From Octopus vulgaris (Eukaryota): a DNA stretch of 64,000 nucleotides. Position numbers and translations under genes: made by a program. This document shows, piece after piece, positions 24,793 to 40,474 of the stretch (position 1 is the first letter of the stretch; every line of letters starts with the position of its first letter). The notes below the pieces were generated by a model. It worked only from the letters and a program-made list of their open reading frames with translations, ran no database searches and was not told the DNA's origin. The DNA lies in the NCBI GenBank assembly GCA_951406725.2, contig OX597834.1, forward strand, positions 22,010,001-22,074,000, read 5' to 3'.

Positions 24793-26884
24793 TTCTGTGA
24801 AGCTGATGTGGTTGACGTCCTGTCAGAGCATCTGATGGTTAATGGCCACACAAGAAATGGGGTCAGTCGACTGGGAGGCGGGGTGGACTGCGGATCTCCT
24901 TCAAATGCTTGCTTTGCAGGTACTTCCATTAAAAGTACTCAAGGACCCAGGCTGGTGTTAAATAGAGTGTGCACATACATGTGTGTCTGTGTGTGTGTGT
25001 GTGTGTGTGTATTAGGCCTGCCTGTAATTCCCAAAGTGTCTGGCTTAGCTCTCAGAACTTGTCTTTCTTTTTTTTTTCTGCTTTAGTATATCTCAGTTGT
25101 TGCCCTCCTCCTCTGCCTCCTTTCTTCTTCTTCCTTCTCCTCTCCTTCTTCACCTTCTTTTTCTCCATCTCCTTCTTCTCCTTCCCCATCATCATCATCA
25201 TCATCATGCCACTGCTGCACCTGCTACTGCTGCTGTTGAGGAATGGTAGAACCCATTTCACTCTTCCACCAAATCATCTTCAATAAATGAGATTTGACCC
25301 TGAATTCCAGAATTTCTTCAATTTCCTAAAATTCTATTTTTCCATTTTTTGTTTGTTTGTTCGGTTTTTTTAATAACCAGTTCTTAGAACTCAATGTATT
25401 TACGTTTTGGGATAAAAGCATCAAGAAAATACAGGACATAACCTCAATTAATTAATAATTATAATTTTAAAAAATGAGTTACTTAAATTTCTTCCATTAG
25501 CTTATGGCTGTTTCTGCTATAGGTAATTGTGTATACAGAACTGAGTGTTTGTGCAATGGCCAGTAACTTTTTTGAAGCTATTTTATATACACATATAAAT
25601 AAATTCATATATATGCATATGTATGTGCGTTTGTGTATATGTGTGTGTGCGCGTGTGTGTATGTGTGTGTGCACGCGCGTGTGTGTGTAAGCGCAAGTAT
25701 GGTTGTGTGGTGAGAAGCTTGCTTCTCAACCACATAGTTCCAGGTTCAGTCCCGCTGTGTGGCACCTTGCGCAAGTGTCTTCTACTATAGCTCAAGCTGA
25801 CCAAAGCCATGTAAGTGGATTTGGTAGAAGGAAAAGGAAACTGAAAGAAGCCCATCATGTGTGTGTGTTACATTCATATATATATATATATATATATACT
25901 TCCTAAGTTTTATTTTTTACTTTCTCCATACACATCCCTTATCTTAATAATCCACCTATCCATCCATCCATCCATCCACCCACTCACTCATCATTCTATC
26001 CACCCACCCACCCATCCACCAACATACCCACCCATCTATCTCTCTGTCCTCCTCTTGTCATCTTATTCTTCGAGATTTACTCTAATCCCCTCTAAGCTGA
26101 TTGTGTTTTTCATTACCACCACCACCACCACCTCTTCTGCTTCTCATATCTCGCACTAGAAATTTCTGCCAGCTTATCTCTGTCTCTCTTCTTTTCGAAA
26201 TAAAAAGATAAATAATTAAGAAAATAAATAACAATCCAAAAAAAAATTTAAATGGCCATTCTAACAAAATACTAAAGATTTTTAAGTACATCTTCAGAAA
26301 ACAGTTATATTTATATCTGTCTCCCCGCCTTCCACCCCTCCCCCCGTTTTTTTTTTAATACTAAAACAATAGTATTTACTCTTTGTTAGTACCACCCCTA
26401 TTGTAATTACGACTACCACCATCACTACTATGAGCAAACTCCCATGGTACACAAAGCTTGCTTTCCAACCACATGGTTCCATGGTTTTATTCCAAAGGAA
26501 TAAATGGTGTAAGATGCAATCTTCTCATCAGGAATTTTCAATGTTCACGATAAACATAGGATAATTCATTCACCCATTGAAATATATATGTGTGTGTGTG
26601 TGTGTGATATGGGCTTCTTTCAGTTTCCATCTACCAAATCTGCTCACAAGGCTTTGGTCAGCCAGAGGCTACAGTAGAAGACACTTGTCCAAAGTGGTAC
26701 ACAGTGAGACTGAACCTGGAACCATGTGGTTGGGAAGCAAAGTTTGTACCACACAGCTGTGTGCATGTGTTTAAATATATAAACACATGCATGTATGTAT
26801 ACATGTACCCATGGGCTCATGCATACATTAATGGATGAATTTACATGTATGCATACATACATGCATACATATACATACATACAT

Positions 26885-26941
<57 letters not shown>

Positions 26942-27237
26942 TAACTGTATGTATATGGACATATGTATACACTTACATGTTCAGATGTATATTTATGTTT
27001 GCAGAAGTGCCTGCATCCATTCACGTTTATGTGTATATACATATTTATGTATATATATGTTTGTGTACATATTTTTGCATATATTTGTGTGTACATGTGT
27101 TTGTGCATATAACCTCTTGTGTATTTGTATATATTGTATATATTTGTGTGTGTGTGTGTGTGTAGACATGTTTGTGCATATATGTTTGTGTACATTTGGG
27201 CATGTATATATGTTTGCATACATTTGTGTGTGTGTGT

Positions 27238-27311
<74 letters not shown>

Positions 27312-29156
27312 ATATGTGTGTATATGCATGTATGTGTGTGTATATGTATGTTTGTGTGTATGTGAGTTTAGCAAAAACATTCCATTGGGTAACGAACAAA
27401 AATAACTTTAATTAAAAATTTACATTATTTAAATGAAACAGAAGATGTTTGTGGGGGAAAACATCAACGCCCCACCCCGGGCCTGATCATGTTTCAGTGT
27501 TTCTCAAAAACAACATTTCCAGTTCTGGACATCATTTGTCAAGGTTTTTTTTTTTTATTTCTTTTAATTAATTATTTACCCATTTTCTTCGTTTATTTAT
27601 TTATTCATTTATTTACGGTGTGTTCCTCAGTTCCATTCCTCAAAGATAAGACATCAATGTTTGCTAATTCCACCTCTTCTTCAATCATGATTTCCAAATC
27701 CTAGATTTACGCTGCTTACATCATTATCAGCACTGACAGCAGCAACATCATCATCATCATCATCATCAACTGATTAACAGCAGCAGCAGTAGCCACTGAG
27801 GGTGCCTCTGTCAGGTTGCTACTGGCTTAGAAATAGCAGTCACATCTGCCTCAAATCATACCTTTTAGTCTTTATTTGTTCATATGCAAATCATCATTAT
27901 CGTTATCAAACATCATCGTCTTCATTACCATCATTGTCATCGTCATCATCGTCTTCATCGTCTTCATCGTCGTCATCGTCTTCATTGGCGTCATCGTCTT
28001 CATTGGCGTCATTGTCTTCGTCGTCTTAAGATCCACTTTTCCATGCTGGTATGGGTTGGATTGAATTTGTTGAGGTAGATTTTCTTTTTTTATGGCTGGA
28101 TGCCCTTCCTGTCACCAACCCTCGCCTTGTTTCCAAGTAAACTCATATTTCCTCATGACCAGGTGACCGGACATGTATTCATGGGAGATTGGAAACAAAG
28201 GTCACCGCTTGTATGACGGTGGCACTCGTTTACAACTATTACACAAAATCAAGACTAACAGATGCAAATACACACACTCAGCCCCCCCACACACACACAC
28301 ATATAAATATACGTGACAGGCTTTTTTCAGTTGCCATCTGCAAAATCTACTCACAAAGGCATTGGTCATCCTGAAAATACAGTAGGTGTGATCTGGGACT
28401 GAACCGAAAACCACGTGCTTCGGGAAGCATCTGTATATCTGCTTTTTATCTCTTATCTTTTACTTGTTTCAGTCATTAGACTGTGGCCATGCTGGGGCAC
28501 AGCCTTGAAGAAGTTTTTAGTTGAATGACTCGACCTCCAAGACTTTTTTTTTTTTTTCTCAATCCCTTAACACCAGTTGATGTTAATTTACTTGCACTTT
28601 GTACACGCTTTGAATCAGATGACGAAAATATTTGCTGCAGTTTTGTACCTTTTTTGTACCAGTTGACATAGGTATCCACTATCACTCATGGAATCAATAA
28701 TAGAAGCCACCGTTCAAATTCCAAAGAATTTGATAGATTTGTTAGATTCTTCATATGAACATTTCCAACTCAGTTTGAGAGTCCATTGCTAAAACAGCAG
28801 TTTTGGCAGTTACACCACCATTTCCCCTATGACTTCCTATTAAATTCCTACATGTTCAGCAAATTCTTTTCGTCTTACAGTTGCATCCAGCCACACCAGT
28901 TTCATTGAATTTACGCTCCTCGCAGTGGTGGCACTTTACATAAATAAACAGTGCAGGCTTTAAAGAGGTTGATATGAATATAGCCCAAACCGTTGTCCTG
29001 TGCTAATTGCTGATCTCAGCCGAGATGATTACTGTCAGTGCAACTTAGTTGCCGGATAAAAAACCATTGTCATGGAGTTAAGCCAGAAGAAGAAGAAGAA
29101 GGTTGACTGCCATGACACTGCATCCTTTAAGGCCCTCATGCTTTCCGAAATCCGCC

Positions 29157-29219
29157 GAAACTACACCTGATTATATATACACTTTAGATGAGTTGTAGTG
29201 CACCTGAGCACTGTACACA

Positions 29220-29266
<47 letters not shown>
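29157..29266. repeat. Short retroelement end with (ATT)n; identical copy at 54073-54160
   Basis: aaactacacctgattatatatacactttagatgagttgtagtgcacctgagcactgtacacaattatt present twice. Confidence 0.75.
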
Positions 29267-29267
<1 letters not shown>

Positions 29268-29689
29268 AGAAGAAGAAGAGGAAGAAGAAGAAGAAGAGGA
29301 GGAGGAGGAAGAAGAAGAGGAGGAAGAAGAAGAAGAGGAGGAGGATCTGGCTGGACTATTCTACTTGTTTTCTGTTCAAACTGGCCAGATCCAGCCTCTC
29401 ACGCTGACCCTACAATGTCATTCTAAAAATAAACAATTGCATCATGAAAGTCTCAAAGCTAAGATTATGATGAAGGATTAATCCAAAGCAATTTGAATAG
29501 ATAATCCCTTACATTTCACAGAATAATCTGAATTCTAAATGGTTAATACCAGAGAATACGTTGTTGCTTGAGGAAGCTGTGTGTTCTGAGTCATTAGGAG
29601 TGGCATTTCCTCTGTCTCTTAACCATCAACTCTCAAATGTCTTCAGTTGTTGTTTGACCAGTTTTGTTTCATGCAACTCCCCAACCCTG

Positions 29690-30585
29690 CCACGACCATC
29701 ACCGCCATCATCACGACTGATAGCATCATTAACATCTTCTGCCCATCACGTACTCTTGTACTCTCTCACTCTCTCTCTCTCTCTTCAACATTTAATCAAC
29801 ATCCACTTCACACAACTACTGTCACAGCCACCACCACCACCGCCAGCAGCAAAACTATCACCTATACCTTCAGCACCAACTCTACCACCACCACCACTAT
29901 CTCTACCACTTCGCCACTATTACCACCACCGTCAGCACATTCCCCCCCACTACCTTCACCAACATCTTCCTCTCATCACACCACTATCCACTACTGCAAC
30001 GAAACTCTGCGTTACCACCACCACCATCTCAATACCAACAACAACACTACCATCTTCCCCTCATCACATCACCAATACCATCACCACCATCTTCTCCTTA
30101 TATCACCAGCCACTACAGCAATCAAACTCTACATCGCCACCACCACCACTACCACCATCAACACCACTACCATCTTTGCTATCACCATCCTCTTCAGACC
30201 CTCTTCATACTATCACCATCACAAGTACCACCACCACTACCACCACCACCACTACCACCACCACCACCACCATCCACACTACGGTCACCTCAATCACCAA
30301 GGCTACCGCCGTCCTCTTTTACACAATTACCGTCCCAACCACTCCCCACCACCAACACCGCCGCCGCCGCCACCACCACCATCGTCATCATATTGTCACC
30401 ACCCTTTCTTACCATCACGACTATTGCTAGCCTCTCCACACCACCATCCGTCAGCTAACACCACCTCCGCCAACAACCACAACGACAGCATCAACATTAG
30501 CTCCGCCACCATCACCACCGTCACTAGCCTCCACAAAAAAAAAATACCAACTACCATCACCATCATCACCATCACCATCAGCCTC
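29690..30585. repeat. Cryptic (ACC)n/(ATC)n low-complexity tract
   Basis: Degenerate trinucleotide repeats, C/A-rich on the + strand. Confidence 0.85.
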
Positions 30586-31144
30586 TATTTTTAAATCCCA
30601 TTAATTAATTAAAATATTCTTCAGAAATACCATTTTTTTTGTCTTAAATACATAATTTTTTTGTTAAGTGTAAGGGAGGTAACTCATACGATCCTATTCT
30701 CCTCTCTTGTCTTCCAGCATTTTTTTCCCTTTTTCGATGAGATTTTTTTAGCCTTTTTTTATTTTTTTCCAATATATATTAATGGAACCAAAACATCAAA
30801 TTAAAAAAATAAATAAATAAATTAAAGTATTTTATTTAAATATATTTATATTGTGAATATACAAGGCATAAGAGCAACGCAGGAAGGAAATTCCAACACC
30901 CACCTTATATCTCTATATTCACCTCATCTGCCACTGTTCACTTTATCACTCCCGTTCACCACATCCCCCCCCGTTCATCTCAGCCTCTCGTTCACTGTAC
31001 CACTAACACCCCCCACCCTCGCTCTGTTGGGACCTTGTCATTGTCAGTAAACTTATTATGAATATCCGATTTTACACTTCGAGTGAATCTTTTCTGTAGT
31101 TAATGTTTAATTTTTGTGCTGATACAAAACATCCTAGACGTAGA

Positions 31145-31192
31145 TATATAGTGTGTGTATAAATGTATGTATGTGTGCGTTTGAATTTATAC

Positions 31193-31246
<54 letters not shown>

Positions 31247-31415
31247 ATATGTATATGTGTATATGTATATGTGTATATGTATATGTGTATATATATATGT
31301 GTATATGTATATGTGTATATATATGTGTGTATATATATGTATATATATATATATGTATATGTGTATATATATATGTATATATATATATATATGTATATGT
31401 GTATATATATATGTA

Positions 31416-31486
<71 letters not shown>

Positions 31487-31647
31487 GTATATATATGTAT
31501 GTATATATATATATGTGTATATATATGTATGTATATATATATGTATGTATATATATATATATGTATATATATGTATATATATATATATATGTATATATAT
31601 GTATATATATATATATATGTATATATATGTATATATATGTATATATG

Positions 31648-31678
<31 letters not shown>

Positions 31679-31787
31679 GTATATATATATATGTATATAT
31701 ATGTATATATATATATATATGTATATATGTATATATATATATGTATATATGTATATATATATATATATGTATATATGTATATATATG

Positions 31788-31819
<32 letters not shown>

Positions 31820-32450
31820 AAGTAATTTTTAGATATAAGTTGAGACAAAAACATTAGTAGTGCACCATATGCGTGTGTGTGTGTGTGTCGTGTACGTGTC
31901 CTCACACACACACACACACACCCAGAATACAACTAACCAAGTTATGTCATCTGTTATATATCAATCTTACAGCTTGCTATTTCTAATTGATTTCCTTTAT
32001 CATATACATAGACCTATATATATATAAATAGAGAGAGAGAGAGAGATGGACAGACAGACAGACAGATATGCATGCATATATACATACATACACACACACA
32101 TACATACATACATACACACATACATACACACACACACATATACACACACATACATACACATATACATACACACATACATACACACACATATCTACATGCA
32201 TACATACACACACATACACACACATACATACACATACATACACATACATACATACACATACATACACACACATACATTCACAGACATACACACACCTACA
32301 TACACACACCTACATACGCACACATACATACACACACACACATCCATTCATACATACATAAACACACACATACATATATACACAATATGTATGTGTGTGT
32401 ATATGTGTACTGTATCTCTGTGTGTATGTGTGTATAACTGTAAGTGTCAT
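31145..32450. repeat. Long (TA)n/(TATG)n/(CA)n microsatellite complex, representative of many (e.g. 3235-3690, 37545-38650, 39600-40090, 52383-52580, 53196-53445)
   Basis: Directly visible. Confidence 0.95.
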
Positions 32451-33727
32451 TACTTGGAATAGCATTTACATTTGTTTGTATGTACACACATGTAAGTCTT
32501 TGCTTGTAAAATGGTAAGGATGTGTGTGTGTGTGTGTGCGTGTCCTTGTAAGATTGTGTGTGTGTGTGTCCTTGTAAGATTGTGTGAGTATGTATCTGTA
32601 CTTATATATATTTGTGTGTATCTGTGTGTACATGTTTATAGATCTGTGTATGAATATGTATGTATGTCTGTATGATGAAGTACGTGTTTATACATCTCTG
32701 GTTATGTATGTGTGTTGATGTGTTTGTCCAAGAGTGAATATATCTTCATATATCTGAGGCTGTATGTATGTATGTATGTATGTACGTGTGCGGGAACATA
32801 TCTCAGTATATCTGTTTGTGTGTGTGTGTGTGCGCATTTATCTATCTACATGCGTGTGTGAGCATGGTTATTTTGTTTGTTTGTCCAAACATATATATGT
32901 AGGCAATTACTAAAAAGCATTCGTGAAGTAAAATCATGTAGCAACACCAAATGGCGGTGCCCCAGCATGGCCACAGCTTGTGAGCTGAAATTAGATAAAA
33001 TTTTAAAAAAAAATTTTTTTTTTTAAATCTATCTGTGTACATGTGTATGTATGTTTCTTTCTGTATCTGTCTAAGAGTGTATATACATATGTGTGTATAT
33101 GTCTAAGCATGCATGTACAATATATGTGTGTGTGTGTGTGTGCATGTGTGTGTGTGTGCACATTTATCTATCTACATGTGTGTGTGTAAGCATTGTTTTT
33201 TTGTTTGTTTGTCCAAACATATATATGTAGGCAAGCAACACCAAATGGCGGTGCCCCAGCATGGCCACAGCTTGTGAGCTGAAACTAGATAAAATTTTTT
33301 TTTAAATTAGATAAAATCTATCTGTGTACATGTGTATGTATGTTTCTTTCTGTGTCTGTCTAAGAGTGTATATACATATGTGTGTATATGTCTAAGCATG
33401 CATGTACAATATATGTGAATGTGTGTGTGTGTGTGTGTGTGTGTGATACTTCTCATTCTATGAAAACTCTAGTTTTATTGACTAACCGAATTCCTAGTCT
33501 TTCCTCTGCTTCCATTTCTATCTTCTATCTTCCATTCTTGTCTTCTGTTTATCTCTCGGTCATGACAGGTTCTGGAACATTCTATTACTGCCGTGTTTAA
33601 AGACAACAAAATTTTCCGCCTCTTTTTCTCTCTCGGCTTTCTTCACTTGTTGCAGTTGTTGTTGGTGCTGTTGTCATCAGTGTTTTACATGATGGTTGTG
33701 CTGGTTGTTGTGGTGGTGGTCGTGGTG

Positions 33728-34033
33728 GTGGCAGAGACGTTAGCACGCCGGACGAAATGCGTAGCCGTATTTCGTCTGCCGCTACGTTCTGAGTTCAAAT
33801 TCCGCCGAAGTCGACTTTGCCTTTCATCCTTTCGGGGTCGATTAAATAAGTACCAGTTACGCACTAGGGTCGGTGTAATCGACTTATTCCGTTTGTCTGT
33901 CCTTGTTTGTCCCCTCTATGTTTAGCCCCTTGTGGGCAGTAAAGAAATAGGTTGTAGTGGTGGTGGTGGTGGTCAATCTTGGCAGAATAAGATAAGAGAG
34001 CAATCATGTAATCATGTACAAAAAGAAATAATG

Positions 34034-34075
<42 letters not shown>

Positions 34076-34942
34076 GTAGTAAATACTTTCTATGTAATCT
34101 CAAGGTTTAAAACAAACATAATTTTCGGGGGTTTTGGGGGGTTTTTTTTAGACATTCACTAGTACAACACCAAAAAAAAAACCAAATATATGGCACACTA
34201 GGCATAACAACAACATGAACTTCCAACTTGTTGTCTCTTGAGGTCTCTGGGTGATACTTGGAGCCAACTTGTACAAATATAAAGCAAAAGTCAAAGATAG
34301 AATAATAATATTAATAATAATAATAATAATAATAATACTCCCTTCTACTAAAGGCACAAGGCCTGAAATTTTTGAGGGAGGAGATTAGGCAATTACATCA
34401 ACCTCAGTGCAAAACTGGTACTTAATTTATCTACCCCTGAAAGGATCAAAGGCAAAGTCGACCTTGTCAGAATTTGAACCCAGAATATATATATACGGAC
34501 AAAATGTCACTAAGCATTTTACCTGACATGCTAACGATTTTGCCAGCTTGCAGCCTTCATCACCATCATCATCATCATTTAGCGTCCGCTTTCCATGCTG
34601 GCATGGGTTGGACGGTGCAACTGGGGTCTGGGGAGCAAGGATGCTGCACCAGGCCCAGTCTGATCTGGCAATGTTTCTACGGTTGGATGCCCTTCCTAAC
34701 GCCAACTACTCCATAAGTAATAATATTAATCCTTCCTATTAAAGGCACAAAGCCTGAAATTTGTGGAGAGGGGACTTGTCAATTGCATCAACCCCAGTGT
34801 TTCACTGGTACATAATTTATGAACCCTGAAAGGGTGAAAGACAAAGTCAACCTCGGCGGAATTTGAACTCGGAGCATAAAGATGGACAGAATGCTGCTAC
34901 GTGTTTTACCTGGCACACTGAAGATTCTACTGGCTGACCACC

Positions 34943-34975
<33 letters not shown>

Positions 34976-35560
34976 GTTTCTGCCATAGGTACAAGTCCAA
35001 AAAAGTTTGGAGTAAAGGGTTCAACTAGTATTTATTTTATTGACCCCACCGAAAGGGCAAGCTGGCAAAAACGTTAGCACGGCGGGCGAAATGCGTAGCC
35101 GTATTTCGTCTGCCGTTACGTTCTGAGTTCAAATTCCGCCAAGGTCGACTTTGCCTTTAATCCTTTCGGGGTCGATAAATTAAGTACCAGTTACGCACTG
35201 GGGGTCGATGTAATTGACTTAATCCGTTTGTCTGTCCTTGTTTGTCCTCTCTGTGTTTAGCCCCTTGTGACTAGTAAAGAAATAGGTATTTCGTCTGCCG
35301 TTACGTTCTGAGTTCAAATTCCGCTGAGGTCGACTTTGCCTTTCATCCTTTCGGGGTCGATAAATTAAGTACCAGTTACACACTAGGGGTCGATGTAATC
35401 GACCTAATCCGTTTGTCTGTCCTTGTTTGTCCTCTCTGTGTTTAGCCCCTTGTGGCTAGTAAAGAAATAGGTAAAGTCGACCTTGACAGCATATGAACTC
35501 AGAATGAAAAGAACTAGGGAAAATGCTGCTAACCATTTTTCCCAGCATACTAATAGTGCT
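33728..35560. mobile_element. Cluster of SINE family B copies in both orientations, with LINE 3' ends and (AAT)n
   Basis: + copies at 33728-33950 and 35053-35470 (dimer); - copies at 34340-34550, 34730-34945, 35471-35560. Others at 14435-14870(-), 48245-48445(-), 48950-49140(+), 50150-50270(+), 57530-57910(-). Confidence 0.8.
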
Positions 35561-35561
35561 A

Positions 35562-35603
<42 letters not shown>

Positions 35604-35859
35604 GTAATAATGACAATTAGATGTTGATGAATCAATCAATAAGTTGATTGATCAATAATAGATATGAGAAATATAAAGAATGTAACACCAGTTTCTAAAT
35701 GAACCATTCTTGTTCATCATGGAACCAACTGCTGGAAGTAAAAGACTTCCTTTTTTGGAAACGTCTTTTGTTTGTTGCTGAAAATTCTTTACTCATTTTT
35801 CAATTAGATCATTGCTTTATATAATTAGTTGCAAGAAGAAATAGTTACCAACACCACCT

Positions 35860-36320
35860 CTCTCTCCCCCCTCCCTCTCCCTCTCCCTCTCCTTCTCCCT
35901 CTCACTCTTTCTCATTTCCCATCTCTCATTTTCTCTTCTTTTCTGTCCCTCTCTCCCTCTCCTTCACCCCTCTCTCTTTCTCTATCTTACTATCTCGATT
36001 TCTTTCACATTGTTTTTCTCTCTCTCTCTCTCTCTCATTCTTTCTCATTTCCTACCTCTCCTCTCTTCTTTTCTCTCTCTCTCTCTCTCTCTCTCATTCT
36101 TTCTCGCTTCCCACCTCTCCTCTCTTCTTTTCTCTCTCTCTCTCCCCCCTCCACACCTCTCTCTTTTTCCTTGCTTTCTCCATTGTTTTCTCACTCTCCC
36201 CTCCTCTTCCTCCCCGTCTTTGCTCCCCCTCTCCCTCTCATGCTTCTCCCTCACTCCCTCCCTCTCTCACTCTCATTCCCCCACACACACACCCCTTCTA
36301 TTTCCCCCTCTCCATCTCTC
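35860..36320. repeat. Polypyrimidine (CT-rich) tract
   Basis: About 450 nt almost entirely C/T. Confidence 0.9.
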
Positions 36321-36469
36321 TTAAGCCTTTATTCTCTTAATTACAGACCATTCAAGTCCCAGATACACACATCACAAACAACAACCACTTTTCTTCACAG
36401 ACCAATGCCACAAAAACATCAATGATCTCCCACTAAAGATCCACTTTGCATCACGTCCTGACAGAATGG

Positions 36470-36518
<49 letters not shown>

Positions 36519-36686
36519 TGTTTCAGTCATTTGACTGTGGCCATCCCAAGCTAATTGATCCCAGGACTTATTGTTTGTAAGCCTGGTACTTATTCTATCC
36601 GTCTCTTTTGCTGAACCGCTAAGTTACGGGTACGTAAACACACCAGCATCGATTATCAAGCAATGTTGGGGTGGGGGACAAACACA

Positions 36687-36724
<38 letters not shown>

Positions 36725-36727
36725 CAT

Positions 36728-36889
36728 GTTGTCTCCTGCCTCCCTTTTCCCCTCACCTACCACCCCACTATCCTACCTCTCCAACGCACCATTCTCCGAG
36801 CTTTCCGGCATCTCCAGTCCGACCCATCCACTTCGCACATCTTCCCTAACCGACCACTCCCCTCCTTCAAACGAGCCCACAACATTTAA
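36728..36889 (+). mobile_element. Penelope-like element ORF fragment (RT to GIY-YIG linker)
   Basis: Translates LPFPLTYHPTILPLQRTILRAFRHLQSDPSTSHIFPNRPLPSFKRAHNI, fitting the PLE pattern P..LTYHP...IL....L..D.....IF...P...F+R..N. Confidence 0.7.
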
Positions 36890-37546
36890 CAGAATGGGTA
36901 CTTAACTGTATTTAACTGCAAGCATTGTTTTTTCATGGCACCCACACCAAGAGGGTAGTTAGGTTTTCGGCAAGACCAAAAGATCCTCAAAACCACTCAC
37001 ACTTAACAGAGAGAGCTAAGGGTGCTTTATCGAGGCACCAGCACTAGAAAGGAAAAGGGTGAGAGAGAGAGAGAGAGAGAGGGGTGGATTGAAAGAGGCG
37101 GATGAAACGGTGAGGGTGAGTGATGGATGTCAATACCAAAGTATAGGTGGAGTTTATGATGCACACACAACATTATTGAAATATTGTAGCTTTCAAAACA
37201 GCTTTTGATTAGATCAGAGATGGCCTGGCATGGAAGAAATTCAGATAAAGGAAATAGCTGTACAGCAGCCATGACTGGTGACTATATGTGTGGGTGGGTG
37301 GGTGGGTAGGTGGAAGGAGGAGTGAACAGAGAGAGAGAGAGAGATGCGTTTGGTATATCCAGCTTTGTGAAAATTCCTTAAGCTTTTTGTAATGCCATAT
37401 TGTGTCTCCATAAAGTCTAATCTGGTCAGAGTCAGAGAGACAAAGATCAATATTGGTGGCACAGGACATGTGTGTGATGGTGGAACTATTTTTGATACAA
37501 AGTTAAATGATGTGTAATGCTTCTTATTGCATCAACTATCTGTTAT

Positions 37547-37651
<105 letters not shown>

Positions 37652-37866
37652 ATTTATATTTATGTTTAGACATATACACACCTAGAGATATAGATACTTC
37701 TTTGTATGTAGATAAATGTATATAATATTTAAATATGTATATATATGTATGCATATGTGCATGTATATATTTACATATATACATATAATCATATGTATGC
37801 ATATATATTTGTAGGTATGCATGTATACATACCAATATACATATGTATATATTCATATGTATATAC

Positions 37867-37917
<51 letters not shown>

Positions 37918-37923
37918 TAGATT

Positions 37924-37975
<52 letters not shown>

Positions 37976-38192
37976 GATTTATATATATATATATATATGG
38001 TGGTGGTGGTGGTGGTGGTGATGATGAGGGGCTCAAGTGCATTGAGTGAACTGAGATGGAATCAGTACACAACTTCCTAGTCCAGTGGAGCAGGAGCTGT
38101 AGTAGTAGCAGCGTCAGAAGGGACCACGAGGGATGAGGAAAGAGAAACAGGTGCAGCAACAGCAGGTCTGTAAGCCAACAGATATGTACGTG

Positions 38193-38241
<49 letters not shown>

Positions 38242-38359
38242 ATATATATATATGTATGTGTATATATATATATATGTATGTATGTATATATATATGTGTG
38301 TGTGTGTGTATATATGTATATGTCTATATCTGTATATATATATATGTCTATATATGTAT

Positions 38360-38392
<33 letters not shown>

Positions 38393-38612
38393 CATACATA
38401 TATGTATATGTATATATACATATATGTATATATACATATATGTATATATACATATATATTTGTATATATGTATATACATATTTATGTATGTACATACATA
38501 TATACACACATATATGTATACACATAAATATATATATATGTATATACATATATATATTTATGTATATATATATATATATATGTGTGTATGTATGTATATA
38601 TATATATGTATG

Positions 38613-38645
<33 letters not shown>

Positions 38646-38998
38646 ATGTATAGTGTGTCAGTTGAGCAAGGCTTCCTCAATCCCTCTGGACGGACATATT
38701 TTGTGTGAAGTTTTACTAATTGAATAACTTTGTAATACGGATCGTATTCATGGCTTTGAAGAGAGTTAATGACTGATGAAGGTTAAAGAATTATTTCATG
38801 GCCTCAAAGTAGATGTTGGGTCCTTTGTGAAACAGTTCTCGCTTATGCTATAGGGTTGAGGGGTTAAACTGGCGTTTGTCTTGTATTCACTTGTTACACA
38901 CACCATGGCCTAAATTTCACTTTGTATCTCTGTAACGTGTGTATATACCATACATAGATGTATGTGTGTGTGTGCGTGTATGTACATGTTTATGCGTG

Positions 38999-39029
<31 letters not shown>

Positions 39030-39059
39030 GCACATGCTTCTGTTTCTACGTGTATACGT

Positions 39060-39105
<46 letters not shown>

Positions 39106-39758
39106 GCACATGCTTCTGTTTCTATGTGTATACGTATACATATATAAACAGACATAGATACAAATATATATTACAGTTACATACATATTTACCCACGTAC
39201 ATATACATACAAAGACACACGTGAGTGTGTGTGTGTCCGTCCATATGCATATGTGTATATACATACATACACACATTTCTGTTTCTATGTATATCCATAT
39301 ACATACTTATATAAACACATAGATGCATATATATATATATTATAGTCACATAGGTATATATTTACACACATACATTTATGAATATCCATAGGTACAATGT
39401 TTTGTGTGTGTGTGTGTGTGTGCACGCGCGTGTGTGTGTGTGTTCACATATATATCATCATCATCATCTAATGTCCATTTTCCATGCTGACATAAGTATA
39501 TGCACATGCATGCGAACATGCATACACACACACATGCATACATACATACATACATTCATGTATTATACTTATTTTGTATATTTATTTAACCATACACTTT
39601 AACACAGTCATACACACACATGCATACATATATTTATACATATATATATATATATGTACACACATATATATATATGTGTGTGTGTCTGCGTGGATGTATA
39701 TTGATTTAGTTGTGAAATGTAAATTAAATTATTGTTTTTTGTGTATATAAATACATAC

Positions 39759-39876
<118 letters not shown>

Positions 39877-39879
39877 TAT

Positions 39880-40069
<190 letters not shown>

Positions 40070-40430
40070 TATGCATATACACACACACATACATGCAGTT
40101 AAAAAGACAAAAAAGACTTTATGTCAAGAGAGATGAAAACAAGCTAATTTGAAAATCTAGTCTTTTTTGGATGAATTCTGTTATTGTTATTGTTGTTGTT
40201 CTTCTTGTTCTTCTTAATCACGAGCTGAGTGTTAACTAAACTATGGCATTTCGACTGATTTGTTCCGGCATTGTGTAAAAACACCAGGGAGAAGGAAATG
40301 AGAAAGGAAGGAAGGAAGGAAGGTTTAGACTCGGGGTCAACAAAATTGGAACACACTATACAGAAAGTACCTAACGAAAAACAATAAAACAATACGGAAA
40401 ACACACAAACAAACCAAATAAATAAATGAC

Positions 40431-40474
<44 letters not shown>

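Noticed and set aside
28860-28910. Strong-looking acceptor ttcttttcgtcttacag
   Set aside because: The phase-2 frame hits TGA after 8 codons and there is no navigator-like sequence.
29561-30594. 289-315 aa Thr/Pro/His-rich ORFs, and the Gly/Val-rich ORFs at 43389-44028
   Set aside because: Trinucleotide low-complexity tracts are open in several frames simply because they lack stops; no convincing splice or codon evidence.
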